From: Thermoplasmatota archaeon
GTDB lineage: Archaea; Thermoplasmatota; Thermoplasmata; UBA10834
Length of the DNA stretch: 52,509 nt
Reading direction: 5' to 3'
Assembly: GCA_040751795.1 (NCBI GenBank)
Contig: JBFMHR010000006.1
Span: 1 to 52,509 of the forward strand
Part shown: in pieces, positions 1-9,273 of the stretch
Position numbering within the stretch: position 1 is the stretch's first letter
Layout: each line of letters starts with the position of its first letter
Notes under the pieces: model-generated
What the model was told of the DNA's origin: nothing
Database searches by the model: none
What the model saw: the letters and a program-made list of their open reading frames with translations, nothing else
Program-made: the position numbers and the translations under genes

Positions 1-132
1 CGGTTCAGCCCCGGCGCGTCCCGGCATGACGTGATGATGGCCCTCTGCGACCCCGTGAGGGGCGCACGGCCGGAGCCGAACGGGACGAGTCAGCTGTCGA
101 AGTGGTCAGAAGGGTTACCACCCGACTTTTGA
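1..132 (+). CDS. probable 3' end of an unidentified gene running in from the left edge
   Basis: Frame open from base 1 (RFSPGASRHD...GLPPDF) to TGA at 130-132, convergent with the PIN gene; no recognisable motif. Confidence 0.3.
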   Translation, partial: RFSPGASRHDVMMALCDPVRGARPEPNGTSQLSKWSEGLPPDF

Positions 133-153
133 CAGAACCTCCAGAACACTCCC

Positions 154-1236
154 TCAGGACAGGACGGCCCTGCAGAGCGCCTGCTGCCTCGAGACCTCGG
201 CGTGGGCCCTCTCGTCCTCGAATAGGACCTTCACCCTCTCCGCCCCGTAGTCGCCGCTGTTCTTCCCGGCCCACTCGCCCAGGATGGTGAGGCCGGCGTT
301 CTCGATGGAGAGGGCGCCGAAGGTGACGGCGAGGTCGTGGAGCAGGTCCGAGACGGCCCATGGGTCGATCCTCCCGTGCCTCGGGAGCTCGTGCGGGTAG
401 TCCAGCTGCAGCGACATCAGCTCGCTCGTCCTCGCGTGGTTCATCATGTCCTCGTCGGCCGTGAGCAGGAGGACGTCGTAGTCCCCCTCCTTCGCCCACG
501 AGCCGTACGACTGGGCGATCTCTATGTCGTTGCGCTCCTTCCCCCGCACCGGGGTCCCCTTGATCCTCAGCGCCCGCAGCTCCGCCATCAGGTAGTTCAT
601 CTCGTTGAACGCCAGCTTCGCGAGCCTCTCCCTCCTCCCGCTCGCGTTCCTGAACTCCTGGAGGAGCTCCTTGTGCGCGAAGAGCTGCCCGAGCGCCTCG
701 ATCTCCCCCCTGGAGTACTTGTGCGTTATGCGCGAGTCGACCTCCACCTGGACGATCTCGCTGAGGACGTACCTGAAGTCAGGCGCCTCGACGGACCTCC
801 CCGAATCCGGGTCCCTCAGGGGCATCCCCCGCGACAGGAACCTGTAGTAGAGGATGTTGGTGTCGACCGCGACGAACACGGGCCTGGGCCTCTTGTTGGG
901 GTCCCTGGACGAGTCCCTGAGCTCCAGGAGCTGCCGCGCGGCCTCCGCCTGGTTCCTGTACCTGACGAAGCCGGAGGTGAGGAGACAGGTCTTGAGGTCG
1001 TTGTAGGTCGGGAGCTCGTCCCCGCTCACGGACCTGTCCGTGGGCTTGCGCTCCATGCGCGCCCGGTCGAAGTCCTCGTAGGGGACGATGTCCTTGAGCT
1101 CCGGCCTCCTCACGTCCAGCGTGAACAGCCCGAGGTCGAAGAACGGGTAGGAGACGTGCAGGTACCTCGTGTCGCCCGAGTGGATGCAGTTGGTCAGTAT
1201 CTGCAGCTCCCGCCTCCCCATGACGAGCGCCTTCAC
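154..1236 (-). CDS. PIN-domain protein (putative ribonuclease), ~360 aa
   Basis: PIN motifs VAVDTNILY, EIVQVE, NDIEI, LLTADEDM; GTG start at 1236 overlaps the CARF stop (GTGA) and follows GGAGGAGG; the longer 154..1767 ORF N-terminus is shadow frame. Confidence 0.8.
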   Translation of the reverse strand: MKALVMGRRELQILTNCIHSGDTRYLHVSYPFFDLGLFTLDVRRPELKDIVPYEDFDRARMERKPTDRSVSGDELPTYNDLKTCLLTSGFVRYRNQAEAARQLLELRDSSRDPNKRPRPVFVAVDTNILYYRFLSRGMPLRDPDSGRSVEAPDFRYVLSEIVQVEVDSRITHKYSRGEIEALGQLFAHKELLQEFRNASGRRERLAKLAFNEMNYLMAELRALRIKGTPVRGKERNDIEIAQSYGSWAKEGDYDVLLLTADEDMMNHARTSELMSLQLDYPHELPRHGRIDPWAVSDLLHDLAVTFGALSIENAGLTILGEWAGKNSGDYGAERVKVLFEDERAHAEVSRQQALCRAVLS

Positions 1237-1709
1237 CTCCACACCTCCTCCTTGAGGTCGACGAAGTGCTGCAGCTGGTAGGGTATCATCGGGTACGGGT
1301 TCGAGGCGTTCCTCATGTCCTCCAGGTAGAGGTAGAAGACGTGGTCGACCTGCTTCTGCCAGGCGGATATCAGGGCCGAGGAGATGACCGCCTTCCTGCC
1401 CGGGGTGATGTCTATCGCGACCTCGTTCCCGGCGGACCTCTCCCTCTCCATGGCGGCCGTGATCCTCTTCCCGGACGAGAGGAAGTCCCCCTCCTCGATC
1501 CTCTCCGAGACGACCTCCAGCTCCTTCCCGTAGGAGCGGGCGACCAGCTTCACCCAGCCCGTCAGCGCCTCCCCGTCCCTCTCCCTCCCCTGCGTGACGA
1601 AGAGGTACAGCCTGTCGGGGACGTAGCCCCTGCACATGGCCGCCCAGAGGCCGTTCAGGACGGGCCACCGGCTCACCCCGGTCATGGTGATGTAGACCTT
1701 GTCCGCCAT
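1233..1709 (-). CDS. stand-alone CARF-domain protein (Crn1 ring-nuclease-like motifs)
   Basis: N-terminal YITMTGVS strand-loop and DITPGRK motif typical of the CARF Rossmann fold; 158 aa, no effector domain. Confidence 0.75.
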   Translation of the reverse strand: MADKVYITMTGVSRWPVLNGLWAAMCRGYVPDRLYLFVTQGRERDGEALTGWVKLVARSYGKELEVVSERIEEGDFLSSGKRITAAMERERSAGNEVAIDITPGRKAVISSALISAWQKQVDHVFYLYLEDMRNASNPYPMIPYQLQHFVDLKEEVWR

Positions 1710-1802
1710 CTCCGCTCCCCGTGTAATCGCCGAGGATGGTGATATATGCGACTGTGGGGGCCCCCACCCTTAATAGGCCCCCAGGCCGTTCCGTCCCATG
1801 CC

Positions 1803-2777
1803 ATGAAGCAAGAGGTGCTCTATCTTTCGCGGGGGGACGTCGAGGCGGTCGGCCTCGAGATGTCCACCGTGGTCGACGCCGTCGAGGCCGTGTTCAGGGA
1901 GAAGGGCGAGGGGCGCATCGAGATGCCCCCGAAGCCGGGCATACACCCGGTCCAGGACTCGTTCATACACGCGATGCCCGCCTACGTCCCGGGCATGGGG
2001 GCCGCTGGGGTCAAGTGGGTGAGCGGCTTCCCGAGCAACCTGCAGAAGCGCCTGCCCTACATATCGGGCCTGCTGGTCCTGAACGACCCGGAGACGGGCA
2101 TCCCGACGTGCGTCATGGACGCCACCTGGGTCACTGCCAAGAGGACCGGCGCGGCGACCGCGGTCGCGGCCAAGTACCTCGCCCGCGAGGACTCGAGGAC
2201 CATGGGCGTCCTCGGCTGCGGCGTCCAGGGGAGGACCAACCTCGAGGCGATGCTGGTCGTGTGCGACTCCATAGAGCACGTGAAGGCCTACGACACGGAC
2301 CACAGGGCGCTCTACAAGTACGCCGACGAGATGAAGTCGGAGCACGGCGTCACGGTTACGACGGTCGGGTCCCCCAGGAACGCGGTTGAGGGGTGCGACG
2401 TGGTCGTCACGGCGGGCCCCATACTGAAGCACCCGACCCCCGTGATCGAGGCGAGGTGGTTCGGGGAGGGCGCCTTCGCCTGCCCGCTCGACTTCGACTC
2501 CTACTGGAAGGACGAGGCGATGCACGCGGCGGACAAGTTCTGCACCGACGACAGGGGCCAGCTGGACTACTACAGGACCGTGGGCTACTTCGGCGGCATA
2601 CCCGAGGTGCACGCGGACCTGGGCGAGGTCGTCACGGGCAGGAGGCCGGGCAGGGAGGGCGACTCGGAGAGGACCATGTCCATGAACCTCGGCGTCGCGA
2701 TAGAGGACATGGCCACCGCGGTGAGGATCCTCGACAAGGCCAAGGCGAAGGGGGCCGGGACGTGGCTCCCGCTCTGA
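1803..2777 (+). CDS. ornithine cyclodeaminase/mu-crystallin family protein (archaeal alanine dehydrogenase-like)
   Basis: AMPAY, GVKWVS, RTGAA, GCGVQG NAD-binding and GVAIED motifs. Confidence 0.9.
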   Translation: MKQEVLYLSRGDVEAVGLEMSTVVDAVEAVFREKGEGRIEMPPKPGIHPVQDSFIHAMPAYVPGMGAAGVKWVSGFPSNLQKRLPYISGLLVLNDPETGIPTCVMDATWVTAKRTGAATAVAAKYLAREDSRTMGVLGCGVQGRTNLEAMLVVCDSIEHVKAYDTDHRALYKYADEMKSEHGVTVTTVGSPRNAVEGCDVVVTAGPILKHPTPVIEARWFGEGAFACPLDFDSYWKDEAMHAADKFCTDDRGQLDYYRTVGYFGGIPEVHADLGEVVTGRRPGREGDSERTMSMNLGVAIEDMATAVRILDKAKAKGAGTWLPL

Positions 2778-2839
2778 GGCCCGCGGGACAACCTTAGTAA
2801 CGGATGAGCGCGTTTACAGGCCCGCTGGAGAGTCGGAGC

Positions 2840-3406
2840 GTGCCGCACAGGTTCAAGGCCGAGGGCGACTTCGTCAGGAGGCTCGACCGCCCTGAGAGGC
2901 GGAGGGCCATGCCCCCCGAGGACATCATGCAGCGGATGAACCTGTCCAGGGGCGACACCCTCGTCGACGTCGGGGCCGGCATCGGCTACTTCTCGATCCC
3001 GCTCTCGGCGAAGGTGAGGGAGGTGCTGGCCGTGGACATCGAGCCCAAGATGCTCCGAGTCCTCGAGGACAGGGCCGCCCGCAGGCGCAGGCCGAACATA
3101 CGCACGCTGGTCGGCGACGCCCTCTCCCTCCCGCTCCCGGACCGCTCCGCGGACAGGGCGTTCATGGCCTTCGTCTACCACGAGATGGCCCTCCCCGCGC
3201 TCGTCCTCGAGGAGGTGTCGCGCGTCCTCCGCCCGGGAGGCAGGCTCACGGTCGTGGACTTCCAGAAGTGGGAGACCCCCTTCGGGCCACCGGTCGAGGA
3301 GAGGAAGACCCCGCAGCACGTCGAGCGGCGCGCGAGGAAGCGCTTCTGGATGGAGGCCCTCTACAGCGAGGCCGTCTACTACCAGATGGAGTTCAGAAGG
3401 CTGTGA
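2840..3406 (+). CDS. class I SAM-dependent methyltransferase
   Basis: VDVGAGIG motif I, AVDIEP, GDALSLP, RVLRPGG; start uncertain (2804 ATG or 2840 GTG). Confidence 0.85.
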   Translation: MPHRFKAEGDFVRRLDRPERRRAMPPEDIMQRMNLSRGDTLVDVGAGIGYFSIPLSAKVREVLAVDIEPKMLRVLEDRAARRRRPNIRTLVGDALSLPLPDRSADRAFMAFVYHEMALPALVLEEVSRVLRPGGRLTVVDFQKWETPFGPPVEERKTPQHVERRARKRFWMEALYSEAVYYQMEFRRL

Positions 3407-3415
3407 TGGGAGGGC

Positions 3416-3491
3416 TGGCGCCCCGGTCGGGATTCGGACCCGAGTCCCGAGCTCGACAGGCTCGGATGATAGGCCGCTACACTACCGGGGC
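3416..3491 (-). tRNA. tRNA-Asp(GUC), CCA encoded
   Basis: Reverse complement GCCCCGG...CGAGC-CTGTCGA-GCTCG...TCGGG-TCCGAAT-CCCGA-CCGGGGC-G-CCA folds as a cloverleaf with anticodon GTC. Confidence 0.93.
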
Positions 3492-3611
3492 ATGTTATGG
3501 ATGCCCTGGACCAGCTCGCTCCGACGCTGTGGATTGAGGCAAAAGCGAAGGGCGTATTTAAGCGTTGGTCACCAGGCCGAGGGCGCGCGGGAGGGTGTCT
3601 GGACGGGCCGG

Positions 3612-3821
3612 TCAGGCCTTCTTCTCCTCTGGAGGGGCGGCTGCGGCCCCCGCCTCGGGCGCCGGCGGCGGCGCGGGCTTGTCCTTGAACTCGTCCGCGG
3701 GCTTGGTCGTGTACACGCCGCAGGAGGGGCAGTAGAACATGACGAAGTCGTCGTCCATGTCGTCGGCCTTGAGCTCCTTGCCGCACATCCTGCACTTCGC
3801 CCTCATCTCGTGAAGCTTCAT
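3612..3821 (-). CDS. small zinc-ribbon protein with Pro/Ala-rich tail
   Basis: CRMC...CPSC pair, GC3-rich codons, co-oriented downstream of NAC. Confidence 0.7.
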   Translation of the reverse strand: MKLHEMRAKCRMCGKELKADDMDDDFVMFYCPSCGVYTTKPADEFKDKPAPPPAPEAGAAAAPPEEKKA

Positions 3822-3879
3822 GGGACCAGATCCTGAGCGGACTCCGAACACACAGGGGCACAATAAGCTTTGCCCGGCC

Positions 3880-4248
3880 TCACCTGGAGGCCATCAGCTT
3901 GAGTATCGCCTCGGCCGGGGCGCCGTCGCACTCCTCGAGCGCCTTCCTCGCCTCCGCGGCGGAGCAGCCGGTCTGCGACGCCACGAGCTTGACGTCCTCG
4001 TCGGGTATGCCGCCCTGCTGCTCGGCATCGTCGCGCCTCCTCTCGCGCTCCTTGGGCTCCCCCACGACCTGGTAGGTCTTCTGGCCCTGGACCGTCATGG
4101 CCGTCACTGCCGCGCCCTTGATGACGATCTCCTTCGTCCTGGTCCTGATGACGACCTCCTCGACGTCGGGGATGTCCTCCTGGGATATCCCCATGCGCTT
4201 CATCATCGCCTTCATCTGACGAGGGTTCATCCGCCCGCCTGGCATCAT
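3880..4248 (-). CDS. nac: nascent polypeptide-associated complex protein
   Basis: MNPRQMKAMMKRMGI N-terminus, DVEEVVI, C-terminal UBA-like DVKLVASQTG...AEAILKL. Confidence 0.93.
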   Translation of the reverse strand: MMPGGRMNPRQMKAMMKRMGISQEDIPDVEEVVIRTRTKEIVIKGAAVTAMTVQGQKTYQVVGEPKERERRRDDAEQQGGIPDEDVKLVASQTGCSAAEARKALEECDGAPAEAILKLMASR

Positions 4249-4362
4249 GTGAGTAGGCACCTTCCGCTCTGTCGCCCCGGACAACTCGCCAGGCTCATAA
4301 AAGGGTTGTGTCTGCGTCGGCGGTAAATACCCGCTCGCGGATGCATCGTCCGGTTGAGGGGC

Positions 4363-4992
4363 ATGGAGCAACCACAGGAACGGAAGAATGGAAGGAAGAC
4401 CCTGCTGGTGGTCGTGGTGGCCGCGGTCGCAGCGATCCTGCTGCTGTCCGCGCTGGCCGCGTTCTACCACTCGCAGGCGATGGACTACAGGGACGCCAAG
4501 TACAAGGCCCAGTACGTCCTGGTGCAGGACATACTCGGGACGATACCGATGGCCGAGGAGAACATCACCGACGCAGTGGACGACCTCCTGGACAACGGCT
4601 GGAGGCGCTCGGCCGCTATGACGGCCTCGGCGCTGGCCGCCGGCCTCTCCGAGGCGAGCCACTCGATACAGGTGATGTATCCCGGCGGCGACGGCAGGAA
4701 CACCGTGTTCGGCAACCTGAGCGCGGCCTTCGCCGCCCTGTCCCAGGGGGCGTACGAGGCCTACGTGGAGCTGTCGTCCGAGGTGGGCCCCCTCGAGGAG
4801 CACGACCTCGGCGCGGAGACTGACGCCGACCTGAGGGCGGCGCTCGCGTCGCTGGACGAGGTCTCGGCGCAGGTGGCGGAGGGCGTCGACCCGGCCGTGG
4901 ACTGGACGACCGACCCGTACGACCTCCTCGACGGCATGGACCTCGACGCGCTCGACGCGGCGGCGGCCGCCCTCTCGGCCACCTTCGCGTGA
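4363..4992 (+). CDS. hypothetical membrane-anchored acidic helical protein
   Basis: Basic residues then a hydrophobic segment (TLLVVVVAAVAAILLLSALAAF), acidic remainder, strong codon bias. Confidence 0.65.
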   Translation: MEQPQERKNGRKTLLVVVVAAVAAILLLSALAAFYHSQAMDYRDAKYKAQYVLVQDILGTIPMAEENITDAVDDLLDNGWRRSAAMTASALAAGLSEASHSIQVMYPGGDGRNTVFGNLSAAFAALSQGAYEAYVELSSEVGPLEEHDLGAETDADLRAALASLDEVSAQVAEGVDPAVDWTTDPYDLLDGMDLDALDAAAAALSATFA

Positions 4993-5094
4993 GCCTGCGC
5001 GCGACATTACCAACCTCGATTCCGGGATGCGAAGTTTTTATACCGTCCCGGAATCATAGACGGCCCAGCGGAGCAGAGCGGTCGGTGTTTGACA

Positions 5095-5586
5095 ATGGCC
5101 GGGATGGAGAAGGACCTCATGGATGCCCAGGAGCTCATGGCTGCCGGGGAGTTCGACAAGGCCGTCGCGAAGTACAACAAGGTCATCAAGGCGGACCCGA
5201 AGTGCGCTGAGGCCCACTTCGGCAAGGCGGAGGCCTCGGTCGGGGTGCCCAAGCTCACCCCGGAGGAGGTCATGGAGTCCTACAAGAAGGCGGTCGAGCT
5301 CGACCCGAAGAACCCGATCTACCAGTCGTCCTACGGCGCCTACCTCGTGGAGATAGGCAGGTTCAACGAGGCGGAGGCCGCCTACGTCAAGGCCGCGGAG
5401 CTGGACCCGGACAACGCCCGCTACTACTTCTCGGAGTTCGGTGTGGAGTACACCCTGAGGGCGCCCGTGGTCATGGAGAAGTTCCTGGACGACAACACCA
5501 GGGACATGATCATGAGGAAGGGCCTGAAGTACCTGCTCAAGGCCGCTGGCATGAGCGAGGACGACGCGAAGCGCCTCATGAAGTGA
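5095..5586 (+). CDS. tetratricopeptide-repeat protein
   Basis: Repeated TPR signatures (YNKVIKADP, YKKAVELDP, YVKAAELDP). Confidence 0.85.
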   Translation: MAGMEKDLMDAQELMAAGEFDKAVAKYNKVIKADPKCAEAHFGKAEASVGVPKLTPEEVMESYKKAVELDPKNPIYQSSYGAYLVEIGRFNEAEAAYVKAAELDPDNARYYFSEFGVEYTLRAPVVMEKFLDDNTRDMIMRKGLKYLLKAAGMSEDDAKRLMK

Positions 5587-5604
5587 CGCCCCGCCCGGAC
5601 CTCC

Positions 5605-5739
5605 CTACTTCTTCCCCGCGCAGGCCCTGCACACCCTCGTCATCGGGTCCGAGCACGAGGGGCAGACGAGCCTCCCGCAGAGCGGGCAGTTGGCCGCGGC
5701 CGGTCCCCCGCAGAGGCTGCACAAACCGATCATCGACAT
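5605..5739 (-). CDS. 44-aa eight-cysteine zinc-finger microprotein (absent from the ORF track)
   Basis: Translates as MSMIGLCSLCGGPAAANCPLCGRLVCPSCSDPMTRVCRACAGKK*; four CxxC pairs; fills the gap downstream of pgp on the same strand. Confidence 0.75.
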   Translation of the reverse strand: MSMIGLCSLCGGPAAANCPLCGRLVCPSCSDPMTRVCRACAGKK

Positions 5740-5782
5740 GGCACGTGGCTGACGTCCCCACGCGGGCTTAATGCCTCGCCCA

Positions 5783-6490
5783 TCAGGGGAGCCCCAGCCA
5801 CTCCAGCGCCTCGAGCACGCCCTGCCCGTTGCTCCCCGCGGCGACGTACGATGCGGAGGCCTTGGTCCGCTCGTCCGCGTTGCCTATCGCGACGCCCCAG
5901 CCGCACCCCTCGATCATCCTGATGTCGTTCTCGGAGTCGCCTATGGCCGCGGCCCGGTCCATCCCGATCCCGAGGACCTCGCAGGCCTTCCTCACCCCGA
6001 CGGCCTTGTCCATCCCCTCGGACATCACGTGGATCGCCCAGCCGGTGGTCTGGACCTCGACCTTCATGGGCCTCAGGAGCTCCCTCACCAGGCCGACGTC
6101 CAGGTCCTGCTTCATGCCCACCTCGGTCTCCCTCCACCTGTCGGTGAAGAGCCTCTCGGCCCCCGGCAGCTCCCTCCTCAGGAGCTCCCACGCCTCGTTG
6201 GGCGCAGCGGGGTCCCCGAGGACCCACACGCGCTGCCTGTGGCACACGACCCCGCCGTTCTCGGCGATGACCGGGCCCCTGAAGCCCATGTAGTTGGATA
6301 CCGCGTACGCGATCGGGAGCACGTTCCCGCTCGCCAGCATGACGTCCACCCCTGAGTCCTGCACCCGCCTCAGCGCGGCGACCGCCTCGAGGCTCATCCT
6401 CCTGGTGTCGTCCGTGAGTGTGCCGTCGATGTCGACCACGACCGCCCTCACGTCGCCGCGCGAGGGCCGCCCGCGCTCACCTGTCCTCAA
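5783..6490 (-). CDS. pgp: phosphoglycolate phosphatase (HAD Cof-type, archaeal)
   Basis: VDIDGTL, ASGN, AENGG, GDSEND motifs; start TTG 6490 or GTG 6451. Confidence 0.88.
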   Translation of the reverse strand: MRTGERGRPSRGDVRAVVVDIDGTLTDDTRRMSLEAVAALRRVQDSGVDVMLASGNVLPIAYAVSNYMGFRGPVIAENGGVVCHRQRVWVLGDPAAPNEAWELLRRELPGAERLFTDRWRETEVGMKQDLDVGLVRELLRPMKVEVQTTGWAIHVMSEGMDKAVGVRKACEVLGIGMDRAAAIGDSENDIRMIEGCGWGVAIGNADERTKASASYVAAGSNGQGVLEALEWLGLP

Positions 6491-7370
6491 CCGCCCTCAG
6501 CTCACCAAGGGTAGTGTCGCGCTCGGCAAAAGCGTTGTGCTTGTGGATCGACTCCTCGCTCTCGCTCCTGACGGTGACGCGGACCGAGTCGGGGAGGTCG
6601 TGGTACCTGTCGAGGAGCTTCCCCAGTATGTCCCTGACGACGTCCTCCACGAACTTGGGGTTCCTGTGCGCGTCGAGGACCACCCTAGCCTCGTCCTCGC
6701 GCTTCAGTATGCCGTAGGTGGGGCTGCTGAGGGCGCCCTCGACTATGGAGACGAGGTCGTCCGCCTCGACCTCCACGTGCTCGGGCACCTCGATCATGAG
6801 CGTGGTGATGTTGCGCTGGTTGTGGGAGATCATCGGGGCCCCCCTGGCCTCCGCGTGGCCGGGCGAGTCCGCGCCGACCATGCTCGCGACGGTCTCCATG
6901 GCGCACGGGCAGGCCGTCATCCCCGCCACCTCGACGCCGACGAGCTTCATGACGCCGTTCCCGCGCCTCGCCGTCGCCCTCGCCATCAGCTTGAACGGCT
7001 CCAGGGTGCTCCACCCGCTGGACGTGGACCTCTCCAGGAAGTAGTCGGCCTCCATCCGCACCTCGGCGTAGCTCGCGTACTCGTGCCTCTCCAGGAGCGC
7101 CCTGCATATGTCCGCCGCGAGCTCCTCGAGGCTCCCCACGTCCCTCCTCACGCCCTCGTCGATCATCTCGGTTATGATCTCGACGTTCCGGGACATGTGG
7201 GACCCCTTCTGGCTGGAGGGGAGGTCGACGAAGACGTCGATCGAGGCGGTGAGGTGGTTGTCCCTGCCGTTCCTGTGGACCATCACGGGCTTCTTCACCC
7301 CGGTGATGCCCACCCTGGTCAGGCGGAACCCGTTCTCGATGCGGCGGCTCTGCACGTCCAGATGCTTCAT
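6477..7370 (-). CDS. mptA: GTP cyclohydrolase IV / FolE2 family
   Basis: DVQ N-terminus, KGSHMSR, TACPCA, SHNQR, KFVEDVVR, ESIHKHNA. Confidence 0.92.
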   Translation of the reverse strand: MKHLDVQSRRIENGFRLTRVGITGVKKPVMVHRNGRDNHLTASIDVFVDLPSSQKGSHMSRNVEIITEMIDEGVRRDVGSLEELAADICRALLERHEYASYAEVRMEADYFLERSTSSGWSTLEPFKLMARATARRGNGVMKLVGVEVAGMTACPCAMETVASMVGADSPGHAEARGAPMISHNQRNITTLMIEVPEHVEVEADDLVSIVEGALSSPTYGILKREDEARVVLDAHRNPKFVEDVVRDILGKLLDRYHDLPDSVRVTVRSESEESIHKHNAFAERDTTLGELRAVEDR

Positions 7371-7454
7371 CCGTGTCGAAAATCGGTATCCTGGGGCGGC
7401 TAATAAACCATGGAGATTCAACTACCCCGACGGTAGCATAGCCATGGTTCATAA

Positions 7455-8150
7455 TCACTCGTACTGCTGGCACCTGTGGCAGTAGTACCTGTTGTACTCA
7501 GGCACGTACGTGAGGGGCCCGCCGCACCTGGGGCACGCCCTCCCGGGCATCGCGGGCGCCGCGGGGGCCGCCGCCGCGGCCGTCCGGACGGCCTTGGCCT
7601 CCCTCTGCTCCTTTATCGCGACGAGCTGGAACGCCGCCCCGAAGACCATCGTCCCGAGCATCGCCAGGACCACCAGCATCATGTCCGTCACGTCGAGCCA
7701 GATCAGGCCTATCCCCACCAGGAGGCCGCCCACGACCGAGGTGACCACGCCTATGGCCTCCTCGGCGAACACCAGGGTCACGACGAACGCCGCCGCGGCG
7801 AGCACCGCCGATATCACGAAGTCCCCGATCACCGCGGAGGCGACCACGTACGTCAGCAGGCCCGCGACCACGCCGAGCCCGAGCTGCGCGAGGAACACGA
7901 ACAGGGCGCTCCCTATCACCGCCCCGAGGACGCTCACCACGAGCCCGACCAGCACCCCCCCGACCGCCGTCCCGAAGACGAACCCGAATATGCCGCCTAT
8001 CGCGCCCCCGACGAAGGACATCACGTGCTTCCACGCGACCCTCCCGGCGAAGGCGAGCACGAAGCCGAGGCAGAGCACGACCGCCCCTATCAGGAGCAGG
8101 AGCTCCGGGCTGGTGTTCTCCTCGAATCCCGGCGGGCCCTGCTGCATCAT
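7455..8150 (-). CDS. Gly-rich multi-pass membrane protein (DUF4203-like) with C-terminal zinc ribbon
   Basis: About seven hydrophobic segments followed by CPRCGGPLTYVPEYNRYYCHRC. Confidence 0.75.
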   Translation of the reverse strand: MMQQGPPGFEENTSPELLLLIGAVVLCLGFVLAFAGRVAWKHVMSFVGGAIGGIFGFVFGTAVGGVLVGLVVSVLGAVIGSALFVFLAQLGLGVVAGLLTYVVASAVIGDFVISAVLAAAAFVVTLVFAEEAIGVVTSVVGGLLVGIGLIWLDVTDMMLVVLAMLGTMVFGAAFQLVAIKEQREAKAVRTAAAAAPAAPAMPGRACPRCGGPLTYVPEYNRYYCHRCQQYE

Positions 8151-8236
8151 GCTACCGCCTTCGAATCCCGCTCCCCGGTAATAACCCTTCGGCATCCTCG
8201 CAACCTCTATCTGCGGCGAAGCCCTTGGCCGTCCCG

Positions 8237-8884
8237 ATGATCTGCGGCGTGGACGAGGCCGGCAGGGGGCCGGTCATCGGGCCGCTCGTGGTGTGCGGCG
8301 TCGCGGTCGAGTCGGACGCGGAGCTCAGGGCAATCGGCGTCAGGGACTCGAAGAGGCTCTCGGCCAGCAGGCGCGCCGAGATGGAGCCGAGGATACGCAG
8401 CGTCGCGAGGGTGGAGGTCGTGGAGGTCCAGGCGGAGGAGATCGACGCCCTCAGGGAGTCCATGACCATGAACGAGCTGGAGGCGAGGGTCTTCGCCACC
8501 ATCATCGAGCGCCTCTCGCCGGGGACGGCCTACGTCGACGCGGCCGACGCGGACGAGGCGGAGTTCGGCCGCATGGTCCAGGCACAGCTTAGGTGCGGGG
8601 CGCTCATGCACTCGAGGCACAGGGCGGACGAGACGTTCCCCGTGGTGTCGGCCGCGTCGGTCGTCGCGAAGGTCGCGAGGGACGCGAGGGTCAGGGAGAT
8701 CGAGGCGGAGATAGGGAGGCCGATAGGCTCGGGCTACACCTCGGACCCGAAGACGGTCTCGTTCCTCAGGGGCTGGATAGGGGAGAGGGGCTCGCTCCCG
8801 CCGCACACGAGGAGGTCGTGGGCGACCTCCCAAAACCTAATGATGCTGAACGGCCTGCGGAGGCTGGACTCTTTCGAGGGATGA
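8237..8884 (+). CDS. rnhB: ribonuclease HII
   Basis: GVDEAGRGPVIGPL, RDSKRL, VSAASVVAKV, GSGY motifs. Confidence 0.96.
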   Translation: MICGVDEAGRGPVIGPLVVCGVAVESDAELRAIGVRDSKRLSASRRAEMEPRIRSVARVEVVEVQAEEIDALRESMTMNELEARVFATIIERLSPGTAYVDAADADEAEFGRMVQAQLRCGALMHSRHRADETFPVVSAASVVAKVARDARVREIEAEIGRPIGSGYTSDPKTVSFLRGWIGERGSLPPHTRRSWATSQNLMMLNGLRRLDSFEG

Positions 8885-9219
8885 CATTGGTCGAGGAGCT
8901 GCTGGCCGAGGCCATAGCGCGCTTCAACAGGAAGGTCGAGGAGGACCCGGAGCTGAAGAGGGAGCTCACGGGGATGAGGAGGTCCGTGCAGCTGGAGCTC
9001 GAGGGCTCGGACTGGTACTACTTCGTGCTCGAGGACGCGAGGGTCGACGGCTACCGCAAGGGGCGCATCGAGGCGCCGGACATCAGGGTCATATCGACGG
9101 CGGAGGTCCTGAGGCAGCTCTGGACCAAGGAGCTGAGGCCGATGAAGGCCATAGCGACGAGGAGGCTGCAGATCAAGGGCTCCATCGACGACCTCCTGAG
9201 GTTCAAGAAGTTCTTCTGA
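8881..9219 (+). CDS. SCP2 sterol/lipid-binding domain protein
   Basis: ATGA overlap with the rnhB stop; PDIRV...LRPMKAIATRRLQIKGSIDDLL fits the SCP2 C-terminus. Confidence 0.8.
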   Translation: MTLVEELLAEAIARFNRKVEEDPELKRELTGMRRSVQLELEGSDWYYFVLEDARVDGYRKGRIEAPDIRVISTAEVLRQLWTKELRPMKAIATRRLQIKGSIDDLLRFKKFF

Positions 9220-9242
9220 GCCCAGCGCGCCACATGGATAGG

Positions 9243-9250
9243 TTTAACTA
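9243..9250 (+). promoter_or_regulatory. TATA box of tRNA-iMet
   Basis: TTTAACTA about 25-30 nt upstream of the tRNA 5' end in otherwise GC-rich DNA. Confidence 0.55.
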
Positions 9251-9273
9251 CACGGTCACCATATGCACGAAAC

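Noticed and set aside
1237-1767. Possible CARF-PIN fusion or frameshift suggested by ORF 154..1767
   Set aside because: The upstream part is a shadow of the CARF gene; a clean GTGA stop/start overlap with an RBS explains two separate genes
3492-3836. Plus-strand ORFs 3492..3836 and 3497..3688
   Set aside because: Overlap the tRNA-Asp promoter region and the minus-strand zinc-ribbon gene; no coding signature
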